Assembly (NCBI GenBank): GCA_043719805.1
Contig: JAYSTI010000001.1
Coordinates: 151,770-215,769 of the forward strand
From: Candidatus Lloydbacteria bacterium
Lineage (GTDB): Bacteria > Patescibacteriota > Minisyncoccia > Phycocordibacterales > UBA6899
Length of the DNA stretch: 64,000 bases
Reading direction: 5' to 3'
Positions 38,322-48,300 of the stretch are shown piece after piece (positions within the stretch are counted from its first letter, which is position 1; every line of letters starts with the position of its first letter). The position numbers were made by a program, and so were the translations under genes. The notes beneath the pieces were generated by a model. That model worked only from the letters and a program-made list of their open reading frames with translations. It was not told the DNA's origin and ran no database searches.

Positions 38322-40820
38322 TTAGCCGTGACACTTCTTGAATTTTTTCCCTGAGCCGCAATAGCATGGGTCATTGCGTCCAATGACTTCGCCCTCCGCA
38401 TTTTTAGGACCCGTAGAAACTGTATGTATGTGGGTCTCTCCGGTATTTCCTCCTCCGGCAAGAGTCATCTGTGATTGCACCTTCTTGAGTTCTGCCTCAG
38501 CGGCGATGAATGCATCAACCTGAATACGCGGAATCATTTCGAGGATGTGCATGGCGATAGAGTCTTCCATTTCGCGATAGAGGCGGAGTCCCTCGCGCTT
38601 GTATTCCACCAAGGGGTCGCGCTGTCCGTATGCGCGTAGATTGACCGAGCTTCGTGCGTAGTCCATAAGTTCCAAGTGATCAACCCAGAACATGTCATTT
38701 GTCTGAAGCGCAAGGCGACGCACCACGTCATAAAATGCCTCCTCGCCGATGGCAGCAATCTTTTCTGCTCGCGCTGCTTCAATTCCCTCTCCGAATTCGC
38801 CGGCGTTCTTCACCAGGTCATCAAAATATTCCTGCACCTCGGCGCGGGCACCAAGCAGGAGCTTCCTCCTGCGCGCGTACATCGTCTTCCTATGAATGTT
38901 GATGATGTTGTCGTACTGCAACACGTGCTTACGCGCGTCAAAGTTGAATCCCTCAATCTTTGTCTGCGCATTCTCAAGCGCCCTGGTGATCATCTTCTGC
39001 TCGATAGGCTCGTCCTCTGGAATACCGAAACGTCCCATCATGTTCTTGATGACGTCCGAAGCAAAAATGCGCATGAGAGAATCCTCAAGCGACACGTAGA
39101 ACTGTGTTTCACCGGGGTCACCCTGGCGACCCGAACGCCCGCGGAGCTGATTGTCGATACGACGTGCATCGTGTCGTTCGGTACCAAGTACAAAAAGCCC
39201 GCCAACCGCCTTCACCTCTTCGTATTCTTCATTCGTCGACGGATTTCCGCCCAATTTAATGTCGACTCCACGCCCTGCCATGTTGGTCGCAATCACGACT
39301 GAGCCCTTTCGCCCGGCCTGAGCAATTATCTCTCCTTCGCGTTCATGGTTCTTTGCATTCAAGACCTCGTGTGGCACTCCCTCGCGCGAGAGGAACGAGG
39401 ATAGCAATTCGTTTTTCTCAATAGAGACTGTGCCAATGAGCACCGGCTGATTCTTTGCGTGCACCTCTTTTACGCGACGGGCGATGGCGGTGAATTTACC
39501 CACTTCCGTTTGGAATATTTGATCAAGCTGATCGAGGCGCGCAGAAGGCCGATGCGGTGGTACAGGAATAACATCCAATCCGTAGATCTTCAAAAATTCC
39601 TCTACTGAAGTTAGCGCAGTGCCGGTCATTCCCGAAAGCTTTCCGTAGAGTTTGAAATAATTCTGAAAAGTAATCGACGCCATCGTGCGGGACTCCTGCT
39701 CGACGCGGACTCCTTCTTTTGCTTCTATCGCCTGATGCAATCCCTCTGACCAACGACGCCCTGGCTGAAGTCGCCCGGTAAATTCATCAACGATGACCAC
39801 GCCGTCATTCTGCACAACATATTCACGGTCGCGAATGAAAAGCGCCTTTGCGCGAACTGCAGTTTCGAGGTGATGCACATACTTGATACCCTTCTCGGTA
39901 TAAATGTTATCAATACCCAGCAGTTGCTCCGCCTTATTAATGCCGGCTTCCGTTATTTGCGTCGCCTTCAGTTTCTCGTCTATCGTATAGTCTTCAATCT
40001 CCACCAACTTGGAAGCAATGGTCGCAAATGTGCCGTACAAACTCTCTGAATCCTGCGCAGGCGCTGAAATAATGAGCGGTGTTCGCGCCTCGTCTATTAA
40101 TATAGAGTCAATTTCGTCGACAATTGCATAGTTGTGCTCCCGCTGGCGAAGCTCGGTCGGATTGTATGAAATGTTGTCACGCAAGTAGTCAAATCCGAAT
40201 TCATTGTTCGTACCGTATGTGACGTCCGCCCGATATGCCTCGGGGCGCGTACAGGCGCTGAGGAACTCGAAGAAGACACGGAAAGAGCCAACATCGTCAC
40301 GGTCCTCGTCGCGGGCAACCTGCGTGGGGTCATAAAGATAGGAGGACTCATGATTGATGACTCCGACAGAGAGTCCGAGGAAAGAATATATCTGCCCCAT
40401 CCACACCGCATCGCGACGTGAAAGATAATCATTCACCGTCACTACGTGTACACCCTTACCGGAAAGTGCGTTCAGATAGACCGGCAATGTTGCGACAAGC
40501 GTCTTCCCTTCTCCGGTGCGCATTTCAGGAATACCACCTCGATGAAGAATCATCCCTCCTATGAGCTGGACATCGTAATGCCGCTGACCTAGCGTGCGGA
40601 GTGATGCTTCACGCACGAGTGCAAACGCCTCCGGCAGGAGTGCGTCGAGCGTCTCGCCTTCACCAAGTCTTTTTTTTAATACTGCAGTTCGCTCCGGAAA
40701 TTCTCGGTCGGCAAGAAGCTTTATTTCGGGTTCAAAATCGTTCACTAGAAGCACGAGCGGGGCGAGTTTCTTGAGCTCCTTTTGTGCCTCGCTGGGAAAA
40801 ATATTGTTAAAAAGTTTCAT
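38322..40820 (-). CDS. secA: Preprotein translocase ATPase SecA
   Basis: MRTGEGKT, DEIDSILIDEARTPLIIS, TNMAGRG and C-terminal SEC-C motif. Confidence 0.98.
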   Translation of the reverse strand: MKLFNNIFPSEAQKELKKLAPLVLLVNDFEPEIKLLADREFPERTAVLKKRLGEGETLDALLPEAFALVREASLRTLGQRHYDVQLIGGMILHRGGIPEMRTGEGKTLVATLPVYLNALSGKGVHVVTVNDYLSRRDAVWMGQIYSFLGLSVGVINHESSYLYDPTQVARDEDRDDVGSFRVFFEFLSACTRPEAYRADVTYGTNNEFGFDYLRDNISYNPTELRQREHNYAIVDEIDSILIDEARTPLIISAPAQDSESLYGTFATIASKLVEIEDYTIDEKLKATQITEAGINKAEQLLGIDNIYTEKGIKYVHHLETAVRAKALFIRDREYVVQNDGVVIVDEFTGRLQPGRRWSEGLHQAIEAKEGVRVEQESRTMASITFQNYFKLYGKLSGMTGTALTSVEEFLKIYGLDVIPVPPHRPSARLDQLDQIFQTEVGKFTAIARRVKEVHAKNQPVLIGTVSIEKNELLSSFLSREGVPHEVLNAKNHEREGEIIAQAGRKGSVVIATNMAGRGVDIKLGGNPSTNEEYEEVKAVGGLFVLGTERHDARRIDNQLRGRSGRQGDPGETQFYVSLEDSLMRIFASDVIKNMMGRFGIPEDEPIEQKMITRALENAQTKIEGFNFDARKHVLQYDNIINIHRKTMYARRRKLLLGARAEVQEYFDDLVKNAGEFGEGIEAARAEKIAAIGEEAFYDVVRRLALQTNDMFWVDHLELMDYARSSVNLRAYGQRDPLVEYKREGLRLYREMEDSIAMHILEMIPRIQVDAFIAAEAELKKVQSQMTLAGGGNTGETHIHTVSTGPKNAEGEVIGRNDPCYCGSGKKFKKCHG

Positions 40821-41041
40821 ACGGATGGGTCGTTAAAAATAGGTATAGTTCTCTGGGATTATAGCCGGAAATCGCTCCCGATACCCCACTATAGCGCATG
40901 GAGGCAAAAAATGAAAACGCAAAATTTCAAGGCCTATTCTTCATGATTTGCTAGCCCACAGGGAGTAAGAAATGGATTGACGCGTCAGTCTTCACATAAA
41001 TTTCGATGGATAACGAGGCCATAAGGTGGATAGTCTTATTT

Positions 41042-41156
41042 TTCAAAAAATTTACCTATCCGCGAGGCGGCAAGGAAGCGATATTGTTATGGCGTACTCG
41101 GAGTACGGCATAACAATTCGCAACGAAGCCAACAATGCAGGCAAGCAAATTTTGAA
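41042..41156 (+). repeat. Dispersed hairpin element, family B
   Basis: CGAGGCG...GGCGTACTCGGAGTACG...CAACGAAG; 17-nt core identical to 55567-55583. Confidence 0.8.
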
Positions 41157-41216
41157 GAATAGAGGAAAACAAAAACTCCCACATGGGGAGCTCTTGTTTT
41201 GTGGAAGAACGGTTAT

Positions 41217-41291
41217 TTATGCCTTCTTCTTCTTCTTCTTCGCTGCAGTCTTCTTTACTGCCTTCTTTGCTGCCTTCTTTTTTGCTGCCAT
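41217..41291 (-). CDS. 24-aa Lys/Ala-rich basic peptide (histone-H1-tail-like), MAAKKKAAKKAVKKTAAKKKKKKA
   Basis: Below the ORF-track cutoff; has its own promoter (TTGAGT-17-GATAAT), structured leader and terminator; codons almost all GCA/AAG. Confidence 0.75.
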   Translation of the reverse strand: MAAKKKAAKKAVKKTAAKKKKKKA

Positions 41292-41628
41292 AGAGGTGGA
41301 GATTATGATTTATAAAAATGAGTGTTTCGACCGCAAACATCATTTACCGAAGTGAGTGCTCTCGTGAAATAATTTTCATTGCTAGCAACGAACACTCCTA
41401 CTACTATTATCCCTCTTCATTGCATCACACTCAACATGTTTTCAAAGAAAGATGTGGATAACTTTTATTTCATCTCTTATGTAAAAATTATTTTTCATAT
41501 CGATGAAATTAATTTTTCATCGTCACCAGAAAATTTTTGAAATATTGTTGTGGATTTCATATTACATTCACGCTTCAATGGAGTGATGAGAATGCATGCG
41601 TAAATGATATTTCAATTCGCCGTCATCT

Positions 41629-42648
41629 CTACGCAAGCTGAATCACTTCGGGTTCGAGTGTGATACCGCAAGCATCGAGAGACTTTTTTTGAATCATCTG
41701 CACGAATGCCATCACCTCTTCGGCATGAGCGCCGCCATAATTCACCAGCACCAGTGCCTGCGCGTCCCAACATCCGACTTGCCCAAGCTTCACGCCACGC
41801 AAGTGTAGCGCCCTATCTATAATCCATGCCGCAGAGAGTTTGACCAACCCCTCTCCGGCGGGAAAGTACGGGGAATCCGGAAACCGTAGAAGAAACTCCT
41901 CTGCCTTATGCATTGAAACAATGGGATTTTTAAAGAATGAGCCGGCTGTACCGTATTTGGAAAGATCGGGAAATTTTGCGGCACGAATAGCGACGACTGC
42001 GGCGCGAATCTCCAGAAGCGAAGGGGTGGTGGTACTCTTGCCCAAAAAGTATGCGGCGAGATCCTTATAAAGGATGTTCGGTTTTGCAAACTTCTCAAGT
42101 CGGAATGTCACACGGAGAATGATGAGGCCTTTTCCTTCGTGCTTCCAAATACTATCGCGATAACAGAAATGACATTCTGCATTTGTGAGTGTGGCGAGCG
42201 ATGCAGTATTCGGATCATAGACTTCGACCTCCAGTATGGTGTCTTTTGCTTCAGACCCGTAGGCGCCAATGTTCTGCACCGCTGCGCCGCCGACAGTTCC
42301 GGGAATCGCAGAAAGATTTTCGATACCCCATGCGCCGTGTTGAACGGCGAACGCGACGAGGTCATCCCACGAATGCCCTGCTCCTACACTTATGTATGCG
42401 GCATCTCCCTCTTCCCTGATTGCAACATCATCTATTGCTACCCGCATCACGAGCCCCGGATATTCGTCGTCGCCCACCAAGAGATTCGAGCCTCCGCCAA
42501 GCACAAAAAGCGGGAGGTGTTTCTCCTTGGCGAACTCGACGCCTTCTTTTATTTCTACAGTAGAGGTCGCAAGGCAGAAGTAGCGCGCGAGGCCACCGAC
42601 CTTCATTGTCGTCATCGGCGCGAGCTCAATATGTTCAAGGATATTCAT
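41629..42648 (-). CDS. murB: UDP-N-acetylmuramate dehydrogenase
   Basis: GGGSNLL, IPGTVGG, QNIGAYG, GSFFKNP and LEPEV. Confidence 0.96.
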   Translation of the reverse strand: MNILEHIELAPMTTMKVGGLARYFCLATSTVEIKEGVEFAKEKHLPLFVLGGGSNLLVGDDEYPGLVMRVAIDDVAIREEGDAAYISVGAGHSWDDLVAFAVQHGAWGIENLSAIPGTVGGAAVQNIGAYGSEAKDTILEVEVYDPNTASLATLTNAECHFCYRDSIWKHEGKGLIILRVTFRLEKFAKPNILYKDLAAYFLGKSTTTPSLLEIRAAVVAIRAAKFPDLSKYGTAGSFFKNPIVSMHKAEEFLLRFPDSPYFPAGEGLVKLSAAWIIDRALHLRGVKLGQVGCWDAQALVLVNYGGAHAEEVMAFVQMIQKKSLDACGITLEPEVIQLA

Positions 42649-42755
42649 GACTCTATTGTACGCGAATGACAAACAAAACAAAAAACAACCGTGCACCTGG
42701 AGTTATTTTCTGTTTTTGATATGGACGAAAGAATACTTAGCTGCAAGATGTTGGT

Positions 42756-43916
42756 TTACATAACCTCAATACTTCTTGGTGCCATAACGGGAATCGCATC
42801 TCTACGATCGAGTACAACGGTTTCACCGTCACACTCACGACCTACGATATGTGTTGCCCACTTATCTACCGGGGAGGATTTTGTGTCTGCCACTTCGGAC
42901 GAAAGTGAAAATACTGCGCAAAGCTCAAACGCTCCCTCGTGGACAAGCCCCTTTTGCCTATCAGAAGTGAGGATGCGATATTCGTAAGGCTCACCGGTTT
43001 CCGGATCATTCTGTTGGCCGGAACAATAGTACATTGAGGAAGCTGAGACATCGGCCATGCTCGTAGGTAATCTCTTGTGATTTGCGCCATACACAGAGAC
43101 GCAATTTGCGAGACTTCTCAAGTCATCGGCGCGTTGTCTGTCCAGTCCACGCATGCGTTCCGTTGCCGGCGAACCACCCGCGACGAAGCCGAGTACAATG
43201 CCAAAAATAACCAGTGTCGCTATCGCAGCGCCGATATATTCGAAAACCCGCCGCGGAATATCATTTTTATATTGAATCTTTTTGCGCTCCAAAACATAAA
43301 ATCCGAAAATGATTCCCGCAATTACCAGTATCGTCAGCGCCTTCAGCACAAAGCGGGCCGAGAGTTCTCCCTGCAAAAAATAAAACACTGCTGCGATGAG
43401 GTCCCCCACGATGGTGACCGCAGTAACAAGGAGGACGAGATACGTGAGCCATTTCGTGAGCTTCGACTCCACCTTCTCTTCATTTTCACGAAATCTGCGG
43501 AACCACAAGCGCACCGTAACAACATAGAGAGGAAAAGCGATGATGAGGGTTGCGAGGGCGTAGTGAATAGCGCCGGAAGAATAATCGAGCGACCCGTATC
43601 CCTGCGTAAGCGGGTCGGGGAAATATTTACCGATTATCTGATAGTAGAGAATGCCGAGCGCAGTGGCGACGGTTCCCAGCAGGATGAACGAAAAGAAATT
43701 GAGCACAACTTCGACGGTTGAGGAAAGTGTCCCCCGCCCGGAATGGGTGCGGTTTTCGGGTGTTGGCACACCGCTTTGTACGAGGCCTGATACAAGTGCC
43801 GCACCAGCCTCCTCCTCCGACCACCCCACCAATAATAGATGCTGCCGCACGAGGTCTGGGCTCACGCCACTTTTCAAACGCTCCGCAACATAACCCGTCA
43901 ATTTTGTTTGTTCCAT
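42756..43916 (-). CDS. DUF5671-like membrane protein with pilin-like C-terminal soluble domain
   Basis: Six TM; KWLTYLVL, FLQGEL; C-terminal R..DL...DPETGEPYEY..FELCAVF. Confidence 0.75.
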   Translation of the reverse strand: MEQTKLTGYVAERLKSGVSPDLVRQHLLLVGWSEEEAGAALVSGLVQSGVPTPENRTHSGRGTLSSTVEVVLNFFSFILLGTVATALGILYYQIIGKYFPDPLTQGYGSLDYSSGAIHYALATLIIAFPLYVVTVRLWFRRFRENEEKVESKLTKWLTYLVLLVTAVTIVGDLIAAVFYFLQGELSARFVLKALTILVIAGIIFGFYVLERKKIQYKNDIPRRVFEYIGAAIATLVIFGIVLGFVAGGSPATERMRGLDRQRADDLRSLANCVSVYGANHKRLPTSMADVSASSMYYCSGQQNDPETGEPYEYRILTSDRQKGLVHEGAFELCAVFSLSSEVADTKSSPVDKWATHIVGRECDGETVVLDRRDAIPVMAPRSIEVM

Positions 43917-44051
43917 AATGAAGCAATTATACCACCATTCACCACCAAGCAATCCCCCCAATATTTTCCCCACCACCAAGACCCAGTGTTGCAGTTCAAG
44001 CTAGAATGAATCTAAGTCCAGTATTCTTGTATTTCTCATGTTATAATAATA

Positions 44052-44723
44052 TTATAATTTCCTCGGCCTTCCCGGCATCCGTACCGTACTCTCCATCTGA
44101 TGTGCATCGACGAACTTTGTGACCCACTTCTCACGTCCATACGGTGTCCCCCGTTGTACGCTCTGGCGTATTTCCTTGAGGACATCTTCATTGTATGTCG
44201 TATTCACCTCCTTGAAATATTGATGTGGGAGATCGACAGGAAGTTTCGCAAGGAGCTTCTTCTGCTTGGGTGTTCCCTCCAGACAACGGTAGAGACTGGA
44301 GTACTTCCAGTCTTCAGAACGCTGTACGATTTTAGCACGAAGTGGGTTCTGTTCGACATAGCGGATCAGTGTCGTGAGATATTCGCTTTTCTCCACGGGA
44401 AAGGACTTATATGATCCTTGGTATAAATGCCCACCGCCAATGCTTTTAGTGGCGACACGGTGGTGGCGTACGTGGGTTGTGGTGAGCCAGTGCATGAATG
44501 CACTCATGTCCGTGTCGGTGCGCGGATAGAGCACTAAATGCCAGTGATTGGGCATGATGCAGTATGCAAGGATACGCATGTCGAGGAGTTCTTTTGCCTC
44601 TTCAAGGAGTGACTCGAAGTGTCTATATTCCTTGTCGTTCTTGAAGATAGTCGCGCGACCGTTAGCGCGATTAATGACGTGGTAGATAGTGTCACCAATG
44701 GCGATGCGGTGTTGGCGGGGCAT
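44052..44723 (-). mobile_element. REP-associated tyrosine transposase (RAYT/TnpA-REP, Y1 HUH family)
   Basis: YHVINR, YCIMPNHWHL (HUH), IRYVEQNP (catalytic Tyr) and WKYSS. Confidence 0.9.
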
Positions 44724-44746
44724 GAAACTATATTACACCATGTGAT

Positions 44747-45091
44747 TTAGAAATCAACTGTACTTATCCCCGTTTTCCGTTTTCTCCCGTTTTCGTCCGT
44801 GGTGGAGGCACGGGTGAGGCGATAGAGACCGTCATACTGATAACTGGTGGGTGCGGTTGCGTTGGTGGTATCAGGTACAAACACATACACCAGCGGTACA
44901 TACACAAACAGGGTGGTGCTGTCGTCATAGGGTGAAATGGCAAGTACACCGAGCACAATGTCGTCGGTGTGATGGATATAGACCTCAATGGGGATTGGGT
45001 CAGGTACAGGGACAGGAATCTCTTCTCCGAAAGCAGCAAAAGGAGAAAATATGAGGGAGAGAATTAGGAGTGTGGGGAGGAGCTGGGGCAT
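44747..45091 (-). pseudogene. Signal-peptide ORF carrying a truncated RHS/YD fragment
   Basis: SYQYDGLYRLTRASTT matches TYSYDGLYRLVSASTT in the upstream RHS protein; similarity stops at a CCGTTTTC x3 tract. Confidence 0.6.
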
Positions 45092-45103
45092 GAAATAACT
45101 ACT

Positions 45104-45367
45104 TCATTTTTTTATAAGTCGAAAAGCCCACGGTTCGTCACCTGTTTCTGGTTTTCCCCTGTACTCGAGGATTTTTTCTACGCACTCCCTCCAGTCTGTG
45201 CCATATAGGGCTGGATCAGCGGAGTCACCATCCGCCAATAGTGCTGCCCCCCCTAATATATTTGCTATCTGTTCTTCTTCACGATGTCCGATATCCCACC
45301 ACTTTAAGAGAAATAAATACATAGCCTTATAAGCCTCTTTTTGTGTAAGAGTAATTTCTTCGTTCAT
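45104..45367 (-). CDS. Putative immunity protein of the RHS toxin
   Basis: Starts 1 nt after the toxin stop; small and acidic; LTxKEAYxAMxxFL...LLADG.SADPA...DW pattern seen in toxin-adjacent genes (from memory). Confidence 0.75.
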   Translation of the reverse strand: MNEEITLTQKEAYKAMYLFLLKWWDIGHREEEQIANILGGAALLADGDSADPALYGTDWRECVEKILEYRGKPETGDEPWAFRLIKK

Positions 45368-45368
45368 A

Positions 45369-48300
45369 TTAATTTTTTGGTTTAATTGGACTTGATAATC
45401 CGGTCTGAGGGTTGAATGTTCGTGGAGCTGAATTTACTCCGCCGTTTACGATATTTCCATTTCTTGTTTCTGCCCACACCTGCGTTCCATTTTTTTGAGT
45501 ATTTCCGTACCATGTATTACCTGACTCTGCGACACCAAGCATATTTTTCTGATTATTTGCTGTGCCCAATAGCAACTGACGATTTGCTGGGGTATCAGCA
45601 AGGTGTCCAGGTTCATTTCTAAATATATGTCCGAGCTGACTTCGATTTGTTGGGAGGCTAATGCTAGCTCGCCCAGCCACAGAGGGATTTCCAGCAGGCT
45701 TATATCCCCCCGAAAACGTTGCAAGAAGTGGCAACGAATTTGCATTGCCATTTGCTACATCATTAACATATTGTAGATTCCCTCCTGCAAAGTTTCGCAT
45801 CGCCGATTGATCACCAGGCATAAGATCTGCGGCCCCATAGACAAAGAAATTTGCAACAGTAAATATAGCGACACCAAGCGGAACAAATGTTATTCCCGCT
45901 TTCCCACTTGGATCACTGTAGTTTATTGGGTTATTCCCCGAATAACTATACGAATTTAACAGTTGAGGTGAAGCAAGCACTGTTGTCTGGTCAATCTCCG
46001 CTGGATTCATCCCCGATGCGGCAATGATGTACGGCGGAATCTTCCCCATCATCCCAATATCCCTCGCAACAGGGTCTTGACTTTTAAACTTTCCATTGCC
46101 TCCGTCATAGTATCGCGCATTCAGATAACTCATCCCGACGTCGTCGCTTTGGTGTTCCCCGATAAATTGACGACTTGCTTTCGCAGTGCCAGTCTTCTCA
46201 TCAAGGCGCTTTTCTCCGAATGGGTAATATGCCGTCACTTCTCCTGCTCCACCGGTGGAGTTGCTCCATACACTTGTGGAATTGAGATGGTCAGCATGTG
46301 CGATGAGTGTGGAGGTGGCAGTTCCATTTCCTTCAACAGTTCCAATGAGCATGTCTCCTGCGTAGATAGAGAGTGTGGTGGTGGCGCCTTTGGTGGAGAA
46401 ATACTTACTGAAGAATGAAGTGGTTGTTGTCCCCGAACCTTTATTGATACTCTCGGTGACTCTTTGTCCCGTGTGGTCGTACAAATAGCTCGTTGATGTT
46501 CCTGATTTTGTTGTCGACAGCAAGCGGTTCAAGTAGTCCCAAGTATTGCTCATGCCATTGTATGAGGTAACATTTCCTGCATTATCATACGTCAGTGCGT
46601 TACCATTGATCGCACTTGCGGCATGGGGATTCATCCACCCTGTGCCGGCATACGTATAACTGCCGACATCCGACTTGCTCGTCATGTTCCCAAGGAGGTC
46701 ATATGCATATGTGTGACTATATGGGGTTGAGGTGGCTTCGGTAGTGGAGGCACTCACTAATCTATAGAGTCCATCATAACTGTATGTGGTGGTGGCTGCG
46801 GAGCGAGAGTCCGAGTTGTCGATCGTCTTTGTGATGTTGCCGACGAGATCGTAGGTGTAGTTAATATCTTGAAGTCCGGTGTACGCAGTACCCCCTCCTC
46901 CACCACCTCCCGCCGAATGCACCACCACCAACTTCGAGTCATCACTCGTTCCCGCACTCGACTCAGTCGAGTAAAGCACAATACGCTCAAAGCCCCCGCT
47001 CACCCATGTTGGCGCAGTGTTTGCGACATCATAAGTCGCTTCTCTGAATGAGAATTTTGAAACTCCCGTTTTGGACACTGCTGATATACCACTTGCATTC
47101 AGCGTCCAGTCATTCCAACTATCGTTTGCGAATGAGGCATACGCTACCGCAGTCGAAAATGGGGTTGTTCCCACTTCATCAAAATCTGCAGTCACTAAAT
47201 CGGAATTGCTCGCAGGATTTGAGGAGTAAATATTGTACGTGGTGCTCCAAGACTGATTATTTTTTGCAATCGTCTTTCCCGAAAGCGTGGCGCTTGAAAC
47301 AGTATTCGTATCGGGGAGATTAGCAGTGTCAAACAGGAGGAATGTACGAGACAGTCCATCCCATCCATTGGTGCCCGTATCAGCGGATATATATGCAGCG
47401 GTACCCTGCCCGCTCGGATATGCTGCATAGCCAGTTGTGCCATCGTGAATACTTGCCCACGTTCCATTTGCGGAATCAGAAACTACTTGTCCGTCAACGC
47501 TCGACGTTTCGGGATCTGCATCAGGATAGTACGTGTCGGTTGTATTACCAATCTTCCCACTAACTATAAAGTCTCCACTTTTTCCTGCGATACTAATAGC
47601 GTGTGCAAGTTCGCTTTGTAGCGCGAGCTTGAGGTCTTCTTTGTAGTTATTGACTTCATGTGATTGGTTGGCGCGTCCTTCATCAACTACGCGTCGCTTG
47701 GTTCCGTCTGGAACCAAGATGCGAGGATTAAAGAAGCGGAAGCGCTCGATTTCCACCGTGCCGTCATCACCGAAGCCGATGGGGCGATCATTTGCATCCC
47801 ATGCGCGGGCAAATACTTGGACTCCTCCCTCAATGGGGTCCATGCGTTGTACCTCGATGAAGTATGCACCCTGGCGAACCTTGGAAATGCTCCCTATATT
47901 CGCAATTGCTTGACCCTTAAGATTGGCATGCTGTGCGATGGGGGCGCCAATAAGGGAATCAGCGACGGGTCGTGTCGACGTGGCGATAATTTCAACCAAA
48001 GTACTTGTCGCGATACTGAGCGAAGGCAATGGAGAAATTATTACTGGTGTCTCAAGGACTGCTGCGGTTACTACGGGATTATCACTTGGTATCAGTAACG
48101 AGGTTTCGTTTTCAATAACTAATGGAGTGGTGGATGGTGTACTCGAAGCGTACACCGAGAGTAACACCTCTTCTATGCTGAGGAGTGGGCTTGCTGTTGT
48201 ATTTTCAGTCTCAAGTAACGCGAGTGAGCGCAATTTGTTTTTTCCAAATGTCATACCCAAAAAGAGTAGCTGTTCTGGCGTCGAGAGAGTAGATGTGGAA

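Noticed and set aside
41026-41355. ORFs 41026-41355 (+) and 41056-41343 (-)
   Set aside because: They are antisense or off-frame shadows of the Lys/Ala peptide gene and a family-B repeat.
41440-41620. Possible replication origin (AT-rich, one TGTGGATAA DnaA box)
   Set aside because: Only one clear box and no dnaA/dnaN nearby, which is insufficient.
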